A stretch of DNA of 64,000 bases from an uncultured Candidatus Saccharibacteria bacterium. GTDB taxonomy: Bacteria; Patescibacteriota; Minisyncoccia; Portnoybacterales; UBA2143. Where the stretch lies: NCBI GenBank assembly GCA_964596615.1, contig CAZQUN010000002.1, positions 11,332 through 75,331 on the forward strand, in the 5' to 3' direction. The notes below the pieces were generated by a model that saw nothing but the letters and a program-made list of their open reading frames with translations, was not told where the DNA came from and ran no database searches. Of the stretch, positions 36,491-46,213 are shown one piece after another. Positions within the stretch are counted from its first letter, which is position 1, and each line of letters begins with the position of its first letter. Made by a program: the position numbers and the translations under genes.

Positions 36491-37558
36491 TTATCTTCTT
36501 TCTTCTAATTTTATTGTCGTTACGCCAATTTTATCTGCTCTCAGGATTTTAACTTCAATCAAATTACCGGGTTTGGCCTTATGAATCAAATCCTGTAAAG
36601 GATTTTTCTCTGTTATTTTAGTTTTATTAAACTCCAGAATGATATCATGTTCGGTTAGTTTGGCCTTGGCAGCCGGGCTGCCGGGAACAACAGCCGATTC
36701 GCCCGAACCGGGCTCGCGGATAATTAGAGCGCCATGATCAACTGGCAGGCGAATATTGAATCTTTGGGCAAATTCTTCCTGAAGGGCTTTGTTGATCATG
36801 ATATATCTGACACCGAGAAAAGGTTGAATAATCCGACCGTGTTTTTTCAAATCATCTAAATCTTTCTTAGTATTATTAATCGGAATAGCAAAGCCAATAT
36901 TTTGAGCACCATGAACAACAGCAGTGTTAATAGCAATGACTTTTCCATCAAAACCAACCAAAGGACCGCCGGAATTACCTGGATTAATAGCGGCATCAGT
37001 CTGAACCAATCCCTTTAACTGGGCAATATGGCCGGAAAGGCCATCCTGGGCGGTGATAAACCGACTTAAACCGGAAACAACTCCGGTTGAAACAGTATTG
37101 CTAAAAGTGCCTAGAGCGTTGCCAATGGCAATAACGCTCTGACCCAATTCAATATTATCAGAATTGCCTAATTCTAAAATCGGGAATTTTTTTCCCTTGG
37201 TATCTTTGAGTTTAAGAATAGCAATATCATTAACTGGATCGCGAGCCAGAACCTCGGCCTGGTGTTCTTTTTCATCGGTGGTGACGATTGTGTAATCAAC
37301 ATCAGGAGAGATAACAACGTGGCGGTTAGTTATGATAATGCCTTCTGAGGAAACAAAAAAACCGCTACCTCCGCCAAGTTTGACTTTTTGACGTCCTTCT
37401 TTCCGGTAACGGATGACTGGTGGTCCATGGGGATCCATAAATTCATCCAACGGCTGAACAAAATCTCTTCTGATTTTTGGCAGATTTTTGCTGATGGTAA
37501 TACTGACGACCGCCGGACTAATTTTTTTAATAACTTCAACAATGGGTGACTTGGTCAT
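36491..37558 (-). CDS. HtrA/DegP-like serine protease with PDZ domain
   Basis: TNRHV, DIA, QTDAAINPGNSGGPL; C-terminal PDZ. Confidence 0.93.
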   Translation of the reverse strand: MTKSPIVEVIKKISPAVVSITISKNLPKIRRDFVQPLDEFMDPHGPPVIRYRKEGRQKVKLGGGSGFFVSSEGIIITNRHVVISPDVDYTIVTTDEKEHQAEVLARDPVNDIAILKLKDTKGKKFPILELGNSDNIELGQSVIAIGNALGTFSNTVSTGVVSGLSRFITAQDGLSGHIAQLKGLVQTDAAINPGNSGGPLVGFDGKVIAINTAVVHGAQNIGFAIPINNTKKDLDDLKKHGRIIQPFLGVRYIMINKALQEEFAQRFNIRLPVDHGALIIREPGSGESAVVPGSPAAKAKLTEHDIILEFNKTKITEKNPLQDLIHKAKPGNLIEVKILRADKIGVTTIKLEERR

Positions 37559-37644
37559 AGTTTTAAATTAAGTTACTTTTCATCCAGTATATTCCATTGA
37601 CTCGGTTAAGTCAATAAGATATATTGGATAAGTAGGATAGACCT

Positions 37645-37718
37645 GCCCTCGTAGCTCAGATGGATAGAGCAACGCACTCCTAACGCGTAGGTCGCAGGTT
37701 CGAATCCTGCCGAGGGTA
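37645..37718 (+). tRNA. tRNA-Arg(CCT)
   Basis: Cloverleaf; anticodon loop CTCCTAA. Confidence 0.9.
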
Positions 37719-37725
37719 CTATCGG

Positions 37726-37799
37726 GGGCCGTTAGCTCAGTCGGTTAGAGCGCATGCATGGCATGCATGAGGCCGCCGGTTCGAATCCGGCACGGTCCA
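37726..37799 (+). tRNA. tRNA-Ala(GGC)
   Basis: Anticodon arm CATGC-ATGGCAT-GCATG; G3-U70. Confidence 0.93.
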
Positions 37800-37814
37800 C
37801 ACAATTGAATATAT

Positions 37815-37889
37815 GCCGAGGTAGCTCAGGGGTAGAGCGTCTCTCTGAAAAAGAGAAAGTCGGCGGTTCGACTCCGCCCCTCGGCACCA
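37815..37889 (+). tRNA. tRNA-Phe(GAA)
   Basis: Anticodon arm TCTCT-CTGAAAA-AGAGA; encoded CCA. Confidence 0.95.
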
Positions 37890-37890
37890 A

Positions 37891-37965
37891 GCGGGTATCG
37901 TATAGTGGTTATTACATCTGGTTGCCAATCAGATAACACGGGTTCGACTCCCGTTACCCGCTCCA
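37891..37965 (+). tRNA. tRNA-Gly(GCC)
   Basis: Anticodon arm TCTGG-TTGCCAA-TCAGA; encoded CCA. Confidence 0.93.
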
Positions 37966-38092
37966 AAAACGGCTTAAATCAGCCAAAAACACTTAAATCC
38001 CAGAATAGGCCAAAAACCTTGACAAATCGGTTTGTATATGATAGTATATAGGAAATTCCCGAAAGGGGATTTTTTAATTTCTCTAAAAACTT

Positions 38093-38572
38093 ATGTATAC
38101 AAGCCACAAGGTTTCAGCTTCTTTCGCCTTGGTTAACTTACTTTCCAACCTTTTTCTTTCGCAATTTGGTTTAGGAGATGTTAGTTTAACCGAGGAAAAT
38201 GAGTTGTCTCTTGATAAGTTGGTCACTCTCCAAGGCCAGGCCTTGGTTCAGTCAGCTAGTCCGGATACGCCAGTAGTAATTTCTCAGAGATGGGTTACTG
38301 TTACGGCTTATTCTTCTACGCCTGACCAGACCGACTCAACTCCGTTTATCACCGCTTCAGGAACAGATGTTCGTGACGGTGTCGTAGCTTGTAACTTCTT
38401 AAGATTTGGTACCAGAGTCCGATTTCCTCACCTTTACGGAGATAAGATTTTCGTAGTTGAGGACAGAATGGCTCTTAAAAACAGCCATAAAGTCGACATC
38501 TGGTTCTCATCTCGAAGCCAAGCTAAAGAATTCGGAGTTAAGACACTTAAAGTAGAGGTTCTAGAAACCTAA
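38093..38572 (+). CDS. 3D-domain protein
   Basis: TAYSS..DQTD.TP.ITASG, VVEDRM, VDIW, FG motifs. Confidence 0.88.
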   Translation: MYTSHKVSASFALVNLLSNLFLSQFGLGDVSLTEENELSLDKLVTLQGQALVQSASPDTPVVISQRWVTVTAYSSTPDQTDSTPFITASGTDVRDGVVACNFLRFGTRVRFPHLYGDKIFVVEDRMALKNSHKVDIWFSSRSQAKEFGVKTLKVEVLET

Positions 38573-38605
38573 AGAGACCCCGTTATCCGGGGTCTCTTTG
38601 TTTTG

Positions 38606-38688
38606 TGCCGCGGGTGGGACTCGAACCCACATGGACAAAATCCACAGAATTTTAAGTTCTGCGCGTAAGCCAATTCCGCCACCGCGGC
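38606..38688 (-). tRNA. tRNA-Leu(TAA)
   Basis: Anticodon arm CAGAA-CTTAAAA-TTCTG; long variable arm. Confidence 0.93.
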
Positions 38689-38695
38689 ATTCTTG

Positions 38696-38767
38696 AGGCC
38701 AGGAGGGGAATTGCACCCCTGTAGACGGTTTTGCAGACCGTTTCCTAAACTACTCGGACACCTGGCC
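38696..38767 (-). tRNA. tRNA-Cys(GCA)
   Basis: Anticodon arm ACGGT-CTGCAAA-ACCGT; U discriminator. Confidence 0.93.
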
Positions 38768-39001
38768 GTATTTTCTTTTTAATATTTCTTTCTGTTGGCC
38801 GGTTTTCAAAAATCGTTCACGTCTTACCGCATCGCTGCGCGAATTAAATTCTTCTTTATCAAGTAGTTGCCATGGCCTATATGCTTTTGTTGATTTTGCT
38901 TTACCTTTGTTATGTAAGTTAAATCGTCTAACAATATTTTCTGTGCTGCCAACATAAATATCATTGTTTTTTAAACTTCTTAAGATATAAACAAAATACA
39001 T
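38750..39001 (-). CDS. Small GIY-YIG nuclease family protein
   Basis: MYFVYIL.S....IYVGST.N..RR...HN.G...STK..RPW....E...R..A..RE..LK; stop codon inside tRNA-Cys. Confidence 0.9.
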   Translation of the reverse strand: MYFVYILRSLKNNDIYVGSTENIVRRFNLHNKGKAKSTKAYRPWQLLDKEEFNSRSDAVRRERFLKTGQQKEILKRKYGQVSE

Positions 39002-39007
39002 GATTAT

Positions 39008-39076
39008 GTTTTGTGTCCCTTCGGGACATCTCCCGTAGGGAGACAGACCGCTGCCTAACCACTCGGCCACGAGACC
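39008..39076 (-). pseudogene. tRNA-Cys-like 5' fragment interrupted in the anticodon by two hairpins
   Basis: GGTCTCGTGGCCGAGTGGTTAGGCAGCGGTCTG, 30-nt hairpin doublet, CAAAAC. Confidence 0.75.
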
Positions 39077-39101
39077 TTAAATATATTCTACCACACTTTC
39101 C

Positions 39102-39437
39102 CTATTTTTCAACCCTTCTTAAAACTTCTTCTAATTCCTGGGCTTTGACTTCAACCTTATCGATTTCAAAAATCATCTTAGGAACCGGCTTCATATGGAG
39201 TTTCTTATTCAATTCCTGCTGAAGGTCAAAAATATTTCTTTGAATAATTTTCATTACCTCTTCGCCCTTGTCCGTCGGCATGAGAGTAATTTTAATTTTC
39301 GCCTGTCTTAAATCAGGCGAAGTATCAACGTTAGTAATCGTGACCAAAACATTACTAAAATCAACTTCTTTTAAAAGTAATTGGCTGATTTCATGACGAA
39401 GAAGTTGATTAACTTTTTCAATCCTTAAGGATGTCAC
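39102..39437 (-). CDS. rbfA: Ribosome-binding factor A
   Basis: R.EKVNQL...EIS, VTIT.V..SPDL..AKI, P.M.F..D; downstream of infB. Confidence 0.93.
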   Translation of the reverse strand: MTSLRIEKVNQLLRHEISQLLLKEVDFSNVLVTITNVDTSPDLRQAKIKITLMPTDKGEEVMKIIQRNIFDLQQELNKKLHMKPVPKMIFEIDKVEVKAQELEEVLRRVEK

Positions 39438-40951
39438 AATTCTCTTTTTTTCCTTTCCTCCTCGTAAAATTCCAAAGTATCTCCTTTTTCAATACTGGTT
39501 GTTCCTTTGACCAAAAGACCGGCTTCCTGGTCCTTATTAACCTCGTCAGCCTCTTTTTTGTTCTTCTGAAGTTGGGCAACTGTTCCTTGGCTGATTTTTT
39601 CTCCATTTCGAAGAATATCAACCGGGAGTCCTTTTCTGATTACTCCCTTGGTTACCCGGCCGCCAACAATCTGGCGGTCTTTTTCTGTCCGGAAAACTGC
39701 CAGAATTTTCAACTGACCCATGAAATTTTTAACTATTTCCGGTTTTAATAGTTTAGAAAGCAGTTCTCTGATTCCCTGGATAAGTTCATAGATAATGTCA
39801 AAAGTCATAATTCTGACTTTTTTCTGTTCGGCCAATCTTTCTATTGAAGAACTGGCTTTAATTCTAAAGCCAACTATTTTAGCACGGGCTGATTCAGCCA
39901 ATTTAATATCTTTCTCTGTTACTTCGCCAACTTCGCTTTTCAGAATTCTTAAAACTACTTCATCAGAAGGAATGCTTTTCAAAGATTCCTTGATTGCTTC
40001 CAAAGAGCCCTGAACATCAGCTTTTAGAATAATATTCAAAACCTTTTTATCCGGTTCAACCATAAGGACTTCCCGCGAATCGCCGCCTAAAACATCCCTT
40101 TTAGCAGTTTTTCTTTCAACTCTTTTCTGGGCTTGCTCCATGCTTTCAAAGGCGTAGAATTTTTCTCCAACCTGGGGAACCTGATTTAGACCAGTGATAA
40201 TAACCGGAGTTGAAGGAGGGGCTTCTTTAACTATCTTCATCTGAAAATTTTCCATGGTTTTAATTTTTCCCATTGAAGAATCAGTTCCAATAATATCCTT
40301 GTTATCCAAGGTCCCATCTTTGACTAAAAGGGTCGCCGTTGCTCCTCTTTTGTTGTCCTGACGCGATTCAATTATGACCCCTAATGCTCTTTGGTCTGGC
40401 TGGCCTTTTAACTCTTCCATTTCAGAGACCAGATTAATCATTTCCAAAAGATCGTCGATGCCTTGACCGGTTTTAGCTGAGACATTAACCGAAGGAATTT
40501 GACCATTGAGTGATTCAACCAAAACATCATTTTCTGATAATTCTCTTTTAACTTTATCCGGTTGGGCTTCTTTTTTATCAACCTTGTTTATCGCAACAAT
40601 CATTGGAATACCGGTCTTTTTAATATGGGCGATGGCTTCTTTAGTCTGGGGTTTTAATCCTTCTTCAGCTGCAACAACCAGGATAGCAATATCAGCTACT
40701 TTGGCTCCTCTCGAACGCATAGCAGAAAAGGCCTCATGACCAGGGGTGTCAATAAAGGTTATTTTCTTGCCAGCATGCTCTATTTGATAAGCGCCGATAT
40801 GCTGGGTAATGCCGCCGGTTTCTTTTTCAGCTACCTGGCTTTTTCTGATGTAATCAAGAATACTTGTTTTTCCATGATCAACATGGCCTAAAATAACCAC
40901 GACGGGTGGTCTGATTTCGCCAATATTCTTTTTTAATTCTTTCTTGGGCAT
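39434..40951 (-). CDS. infB: Translation initiation factor IF-2 (short form)
   Basis: RPPVV.ILGHVDHGKT, GGITQHIGAY, DTPGHEAF motifs. Confidence 0.97.
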   Translation of the reverse strand: MPKKELKKNIGEIRPPVVVILGHVDHGKTSILDYIRKSQVAEKETGGITQHIGAYQIEHAGKKITFIDTPGHEAFSAMRSRGAKVADIAILVVAAEEGLKPQTKEAIAHIKKTGIPMIVAINKVDKKEAQPDKVKRELSENDVLVESLNGQIPSVNVSAKTGQGIDDLLEMINLVSEMEELKGQPDQRALGVIIESRQDNKRGATATLLVKDGTLDNKDIIGTDSSMGKIKTMENFQMKIVKEAPPSTPVIITGLNQVPQVGEKFYAFESMEQAQKRVERKTAKRDVLGGDSREVLMVEPDKKVLNIILKADVQGSLEAIKESLKSIPSDEVVLRILKSEVGEVTEKDIKLAESARAKIVGFRIKASSSIERLAEQKKVRIMTFDIIYELIQGIRELLSKLLKPEIVKNFMGQLKILAVFRTEKDRQIVGGRVTKGVIRKGLPVDILRNGEKISQGTVAQLQKNKKEADEVNKDQEAGLLVKGTTSIEKGDTLEFYEEERKKREL

Positions 40952-41128
40952 GGAAATATGTTCCTCATTATATCTTAATACTGGCATAAACTCAATGCTT
41001 TAGGCAAAAAGCAGGGTTTCTCCTTGTCAGATCTAAAAACCGGGTGGTATAATTGGAGATATGGGTAATGAGTTCGTCTAGAACTTGTTATGTGAAATTT
41101 AGTTCTTAAACAAAATATTTTAATAGGC

Positions 41129-41314
41129 GTGAAGGGGGAGATTATGCATATCTTTTGCTTGATAATGATTATTTATGTTTGCATTGCATCTTTTGTGTTA
41201 AATTCGGATCGTCTATTAATTATTTTAATAGCAATCCCAACAATTATTTTTATTGTCATTGCAGTCATTATCGACTGCATTGTAAAGAACAAAAAAGGTC
41301 AACCAGAAAATTAA
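41129..41314 (+). CDS. Small membrane protein
   Basis: Hydrophobic ORF; GGGGAG RBS before the internal ATG 41144. Confidence 0.45.
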   Translation: MKGEIMHIFCLIMIIYVCIASFVLNSDRLLIILIAIPTIIFIVIAVIIDCIVKNKKGQPEN

Positions 41315-41404
41315 TGGGGATAGAAACGCCTACTATCCCCTGTCTATTAAAGTATTTTATTTATCAGCTGGCAGCCCGATTTTTATATAGAAGTAGCAAT
41401 TATC

Positions 41405-41995
41405 ATGTTATTATATCTGACATCATTAACTTCTAAGTCAATAGATAAAATTGACTTCAGGGACAAGAAAAAAGTTGCATTCATTGCAACTGCTGCTGAT
41501 ATTTATGACAACAAATCCTTTGTTGAGAATGATAGACAAGCATTATTAAGCAAAGGCCTTGAGATCCATGATGTTGATATAAAGGATTATTTAGGAGATG
41601 AATTATATAATGTATTAAAAAAGTTTGAGATATTGTTCTTTTCAGGTGGTTGTGCTCACTATCTATTACTCAAGATGAAAACGTCTGGTTTTAACACTAT
41701 TATCCGTCAGCTTTTAGATGAGGGCCTCATCTATATCGGATCAAGTGCTGGATCTGTTGTTTTATGTCCAAGCATAGATTTTATCAAACCGATGGATCAC
41801 ATGCATATATATGTCCCCGATCTGACTGATTTTTCTGGATTAAACATTGTTAACTTCTACATGCTGCCTCATTATGGAAGGGAGAAATATGCTGCTGTGT
41901 GTGATCAAATTCTTAAGAACAAAGACCTACGCATCGTCGCAGTAAAAGATGATGAAGTCGTTATTATAAACAATGATAGATGGGAAAAAGTTTAG
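41405..41995 (+). CDS. Peptidase E (S51) family protein
   Basis: VAFIATA, FSGG, YIGSSAGS, PHY motifs. Confidence 0.88.
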   Translation: MLLYLTSLTSKSIDKIDFRDKKKVAFIATAADIYDNKSFVENDRQALLSKGLEIHDVDIKDYLGDELYNVLKKFEILFFSGGCAHYLLLKMKTSGFNTIIRQLLDEGLIYIGSSAGSVVLCPSIDFIKPMDHMHIYVPDLTDFSGLNIVNFYMLPHYGREKYAAVCDQILKNKDLRIVAVKDDEVVIINNDRWEKV

Positions 41996-42036
41996 GTCTT
42001 CCGGATCGCTCAATAGTAACTAAGTTGAAAAATAAT

Positions 42037-42519
42037 ATGATTTATAGTATTGCATTAACCTTTAATAAAGAAACAGGTAATCAAATCAAAGATTTTTATA
42101 ATAAGATAAAGGATAATTTGGATCTTGAATTCGGTTTAGAGGAAAATTCTATTCCGCATATTACCATTATTAAATTTGAATCTCAATCCGAGTTAACGAA
42201 AAATGAATTAGGTAAGATTTCAGATAGTTTAGAGCTTGATATAAATATTGATTTTTCTGGAATCACATTATTGCCATCTCATTCAGAGGGTCATTGGATT
42301 GAACTGTCTGTGTTGAAAAATAGACAATTAGTTAAAATCCAAAACGAATTAATCACAAGATTAAAGAATTATAAAATTTTAAGCGGAATTGGAGATAGAT
42401 TTAGACCTCACATAACTTTTGCCAAAACTAAAAATGGCAAAATTAATTTAGAAAATTTAGATTATTCGATATTGAGAAAAAAGCAGGTTAAAGTAAAAAT
42501 TGTTATACAGAAACTATAA
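42037..42519 (+). CDS. 2H phosphoesterase (2'-5' RNA ligase-like)
   Basis: Two PHIT motifs. Confidence 0.85.
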   Translation: MIYSIALTFNKETGNQIKDFYNKIKDNLDLEFGLEENSIPHITIIKFESQSELTKNELGKISDSLELDINIDFSGITLLPSHSEGHWIELSVLKNRQLVKIQNELITRLKNYKILSGIGDRFRPHITFAKTKNGKINLENLDYSILRKKQVKVKIVIQKL

Positions 42520-42575
42520 GGTCTATACAAGGTTACAAGGGTACGCCTTGCAGACACCACCTTTGTAAGAAAAAT

Positions 42576-43136
42576 ATGTCTAAAAAAATTCTATTGTTCA
42601 TTCTAGGATTATTTTTGTTGTTCCAAATGTATTATTATATAGATTTACCAGGAGGAAGGAATTTAAATAAAGACGAAATCAGTTTTTTAAAAGAAGTCTT
42701 TTCTGATGAGATAGAATACGGAGATATTAAAATTTATAACAGGAAGTTTTTTCCAAATTTTATCCAAAATGATTATACTGCGATTGCTCCGAATGGAAAC
42801 ATATATTTCCCTAAAAATTTAGATGTCCATGATTTCTCTGTAATGGATATTGAGGACAGGGCCTGGTTAGTTCATGAGGTTGGACATGTTTATCAATATC
42901 AAAACCAGGGGCAACTTATTATGACTTGGAAAGCAGTTAAGTTATGGTTAATTGATAAGAAGATAAGGGGGCTAGATGTTTATGCCTATGAAATAGAAAG
43001 TGGCAATGAATTGGATGATTATAATATAGAACAGCAGGGAGATATTTTTAGGGATTACTTTTTATTTTTACAAAAACAAAAAGCAATTTCTGGAGAAGAA
43101 GAAAAAATATACAGAGAGATTATAAATAGCTTGTAA
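42576..43136 (+). CDS. Membrane-anchored HExxH metallopeptidase-like protein
   Basis: N-terminal TM; APNGNIYF, LVHEVGHVYQ, EQQG. Confidence 0.75.
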   Translation: MSKKILLFILGLFLLFQMYYYIDLPGGRNLNKDEISFLKEVFSDEIEYGDIKIYNRKFFPNFIQNDYTAIAPNGNIYFPKNLDVHDFSVMDIEDRAWLVHEVGHVYQYQNQGQLIMTWKAVKLWLIDKKIRGLDVYAYEIESGNELDDYNIEQQGDIFRDYFLFLQKQKAISGEEEKIYREIINSL

Positions 43137-43197
43137 ATTAAAATAGACAAACAAAAAACCGGAAAACTCCGGATTTTTTAATTCTTCCCTTTTAAGA

Positions 43198-43683
43198 TTA
43201 GATTCGTTTTCCTGCTTTTTTAATCGCTTCTAATTCTTCTTTAGATAATTGATACTGGGACTTTCCTTTTTTAATCGGTTTAGCATAAATTCTTGTTCCC
43301 TGGCGGGTGAATAAACTGGAAATAACCAAACCATTATTATTTGAATCAAGGAGGGCAATGCAAAAGCTTTGGTCTCCGCCGGTTTCCTTAAAAGGATTAA
43401 ACCGGATAACGCCAACCCGCTGAATGCTCTTTGAAGCCATTTTTTCCAGATATTCTGATAATTTAAAAATATCTTTAATATTACCTTCTGCTTTTTTTAA
43501 TCTTCTAATTTCTTCGAATAAAACTCCTTCTAAGTCTGTTGCTTTCTTGCCATTGAAAAAGATTTTAAGTTTTTTCCTTATTTGTATCAGCCGGAAATGA
43601 AGAAAAATATTCCAGATAACAAGAATTGCCAATCCGGCCAGGAAAATAAAGAAGATTGGGTTTTGGTTTAAAATATTAGACAT
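43198..43683 (-). CDS. DUF4446-like protein
   Basis: TM; VGVIRFNPF..TGGDQSF.IALLD..NNG, R..TRIYAK. Confidence 0.85.
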   Translation of the reverse strand: MSNILNQNPIFFIFLAGLAILVIWNIFLHFRLIQIRKKLKIFFNGKKATDLEGVLFEEIRRLKKAEGNIKDIFKLSEYLEKMASKSIQRVGVIRFNPFKETGGDQSFCIALLDSNNNGLVISSLFTRQGTRIYAKPIKKGKSQYQLSKEELEAIKKAGKRI

Positions 43684-43755
43684 ATTATCCTTTATAACAG
43701 AATGTTTTTAGAAAAATGGTGAGATGGAATTCGTAAACCCCATCTCACATGTAGT

Positions 43756-45234
43756 TTAGTCTGAACTAATCTTTTCAGCGATTTTTCTGAAGTGCCACCC
43801 AAAGATAGCCATTTCGATTGCTTTGTGGAGCAATTTAGGTTTTGTGAAAGAGGTTTTTAATAAGAGCTTCCAGAAATATGGACTTGACCTGGAAAATATC
43901 CCAATTAGCCAGACGCTTTTAAAAAATGCCTGTATTTCATTTCTGGAAATCCTTTTTCTCGCTGTCGACTTATAGCTTTTGAAAAACGTGTTTATTCGCT
44001 CATAATAAGCTTTCGGCGAATACAATTCGGCAATCATCTCCTTATACCCCTTAACCAGTACACTCTTCCCCATTTTCGGGATAAAGTTCAGGCAGCCGTC
44101 AGTGTTTTCACCAGTGGTATCATTGGTAAGCCTGCCTTCGACTTGTAGTCGTTGCCACAATCGGGTCTGGGGTAAAGCATCCAGCATTCCCACCATCGCA
44201 GTTACGATTCCGGTGCTTTGAATGAAATCAGTAACTGATTCAAATATATTCCTGTCATCTTGGTCAAATCCGACAATAAAACCACCCATTACCTGCAGGC
44301 CATGTTCCTGAATGATTCTAATGGCATCTTTTAAGTCAATTCCAGTATTTTGTATTTTGCCGCACCCCTTGAGGCTAGCTTCGTTTGGGGATTCGATACC
44401 TACAAACACTTCGCTAAAATTAGCCGCACTCATCAGCCGCATTAAATCTTCGTCTGCGGCTAAGCCTACAGTTGTTTCGGTAAATAGTGGAGATGGACAT
44501 TTGTGTTTTTGTTGACAGTCGATCAGTCGAGGCAACATTTCTTTTACTTTCTTTTTGTTGCCAATGAAATTATCATCAACGAAAAATATCGATCTTTTCC
44601 AACCGGCGTCGTAAAGTGACTGGACTTCGGCTATTATTTGTCCCGGCTCTTTTGTTCTGGATACTCGACCATACATTTTAGTTATGTCGCAGAAATCACA
44701 ATCAAACGGACATCCTCTTGAGTACTGTACTGCCATCGTTGCGTAATCCTTAAAGTTAATCAAAGACCAAAGCGGAACAGGAGTTTTTGTTATATCCGGT
44801 TTTTGGGTAGAAGTGTAAATCTCCTTTAGAGTTCCTCTTTCCAAATCTTTAAGAAACAAAGGCAAAGTAACTTCAGCCTCATTCAGAACAAAGTGATCAA
44901 CTCCCTTAAACTTTTCACAACTAGTTGTGAAAGCAGGACCGCCGGCAACAACTGTTTTTCCAAGCGCTTTGCATCTGTTGATAATTTCTTGGGCGCTGTT
45001 TTTTTGCACCAGCATAGCACTAATGAAAATCATGTCTGCCCATTCAATATCTTCGCCCTTTATATTAGTAACATTGACATCAATCAGCCTTTTGTTCCAT
45101 TCCTCAGGCAGCATAGCGGCGACTGTTAATAAGCCGAGCGGAGGATAAGCCGCCTTTTTTGATATGAACTTCAAGGCGTGCTTAAAACTCCAAAAGGTAT
45201 CTGGATACCCAGGGTACACTAATAGTATTTTCAT
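43756..45234 (-). CDS. B12-binding radical SAM protein (DUF4070-type)
   Basis: YP.TFWSF, PPLGLLTVA, SRGCPFDCDFC, FVDDNF motifs. Confidence 0.9.
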   Translation of the reverse strand: MKILLVYPGYPDTFWSFKHALKFISKKAAYPPLGLLTVAAMLPEEWNKRLIDVNVTNIKGEDIEWADMIFISAMLVQKNSAQEIINRCKALGKTVVAGGPAFTTSCEKFKGVDHFVLNEAEVTLPLFLKDLERGTLKEIYTSTQKPDITKTPVPLWSLINFKDYATMAVQYSRGCPFDCDFCDITKMYGRVSRTKEPGQIIAEVQSLYDAGWKRSIFFVDDNFIGNKKKVKEMLPRLIDCQQKHKCPSPLFTETTVGLAADEDLMRLMSAANFSEVFVGIESPNEASLKGCGKIQNTGIDLKDAIRIIQEHGLQVMGGFIVGFDQDDRNIFESVTDFIQSTGIVTAMVGMLDALPQTRLWQRLQVEGRLTNDTTGENTDGCLNFIPKMGKSVLVKGYKEMIAELYSPKAYYERINTFFKSYKSTARKRISRNEIQAFFKSVWLIGIFSRSSPYFWKLLLKTSFTKPKLLHKAIEMAIFGWHFRKIAEKISSD

Positions 45235-45329
45235 TTTCTCCTCCTTGTCAAGCAAGTTGATTATTTATGTTAAAACCTTTTCCCTTTAAAAACATTTTGT
45301 TAAAGAGCTTTATTTCTGATTTTAATTAT

Positions 45330-45415
<86 letters not shown>

Positions 45416-45417
45416 TT

Positions 45418-46047
45418 TTATATTTTTTTAATTTTTTGGGCAACTTTTTTAACTTGTTTTTTCCAATCATTACCAGTATCTATTTCTGCCAAAAGGGGAA
45501 TACGGAGTTTCCGTAAAATAAATCTGCCGCCTTGTTTATTTTCCCATCGGTAATGATGAGGCGTTCTTCGCCACATTTCCCGGACTGCGATAGTATTGTC
45601 TTTAAACAAATCACGGCTAGGGTTATACTTTGTTTTTACCAGTCGTTCTATCATTACATCTCTGTCAGCGATAGTCCGGATATAGAAAACTTTTGCCTGG
45701 AATTTTTTGGCTTTTTCTTCCAGTTTTTTTCTTTTCTGCGAATCAACGAAATCCGAACATAGAATTACATTACCTTCCTTTTTAAGCACATGCAGGGCGA
45801 CTTTTTCAGAAACGCTTCCGATTTGCTCGTAGCCCTGTTTTTGTTTCCTCAAAGCGACTCGAATCGCATCAGCGACAATAACAGTTGCGTTAATCTGTTT
45901 AGTTAGTTCTCCAGAAACGATAAGTTTTCCAGAGCCGATTAATCCAATCAGAGCAATAACAATTGGTCTTTTTGTTTTTCGTTTGGTAATTCTTAACTGA
46001 CTAATAAATTTGTCAGTTACTTGTTTGATAATTTTTTGTTTTTTCAT
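45418..46047 (-). CDS. P-loop kinase-like (AAA_33-type) protein
   Basis: LIGLIGSGKL (atypical Walker A), DAIR; AGGAGAGG RBS. Confidence 0.75.
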   Translation of the reverse strand: MKKQKIIKQVTDKFISQLRITKRKTKRPIVIALIGLIGSGKLIVSGELTKQINATVIVADAIRVALRKQKQGYEQIGSVSEKVALHVLKKEGNVILCSDFVDSQKRKKLEEKAKKFQAKVFYIRTIADRDVMIERLVKTKYNPSRDLFKDNTIAVREMWRRTPHHYRWENKQGGRFILRKLRIPLLAEIDTGNDWKKQVKKVAQKIKKI

Positions 46048-46060
46048 GTTTTTCCTCTCC

Positions 46061-46137
46061 TGGTGGGCGGTGTAGGAGTCGAACCTACGGCCTTCTCGGT
46101 GTAAACGAGACGCGCTAACCAACTGCGCCAACCGCCC
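46061..46137 (-). tRNA. tRNA-Val(TAC)
   Basis: Anticodon arm TCTCG-TTTACAC-CGAGA; encoded CCA. Confidence 0.95.
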
Positions 46138-46213
46138 AATTAAATTTCACCCTATCATAAATTGTGGAAAAATTCCAGTTCTTTAATTTCTTGAAATAAG
46201 ATATAATTAGAGT

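Noticed and set aside
39002-39070. N-terminal ORF extensions in the track (also 46048-46131, 52419-52583, 53676-53717, 54143-54202)
   Set aside because: They run through tRNA or tRNA-like sequence; downstream ATGs match the protein family starts
38696-39076. Group I intron with a homing endonuclease inside tRNA-Cys
   Set aside because: The downstream tRNA is already complete, the fragment's acceptor does not pair with it, and there is no room for a ribozyme core
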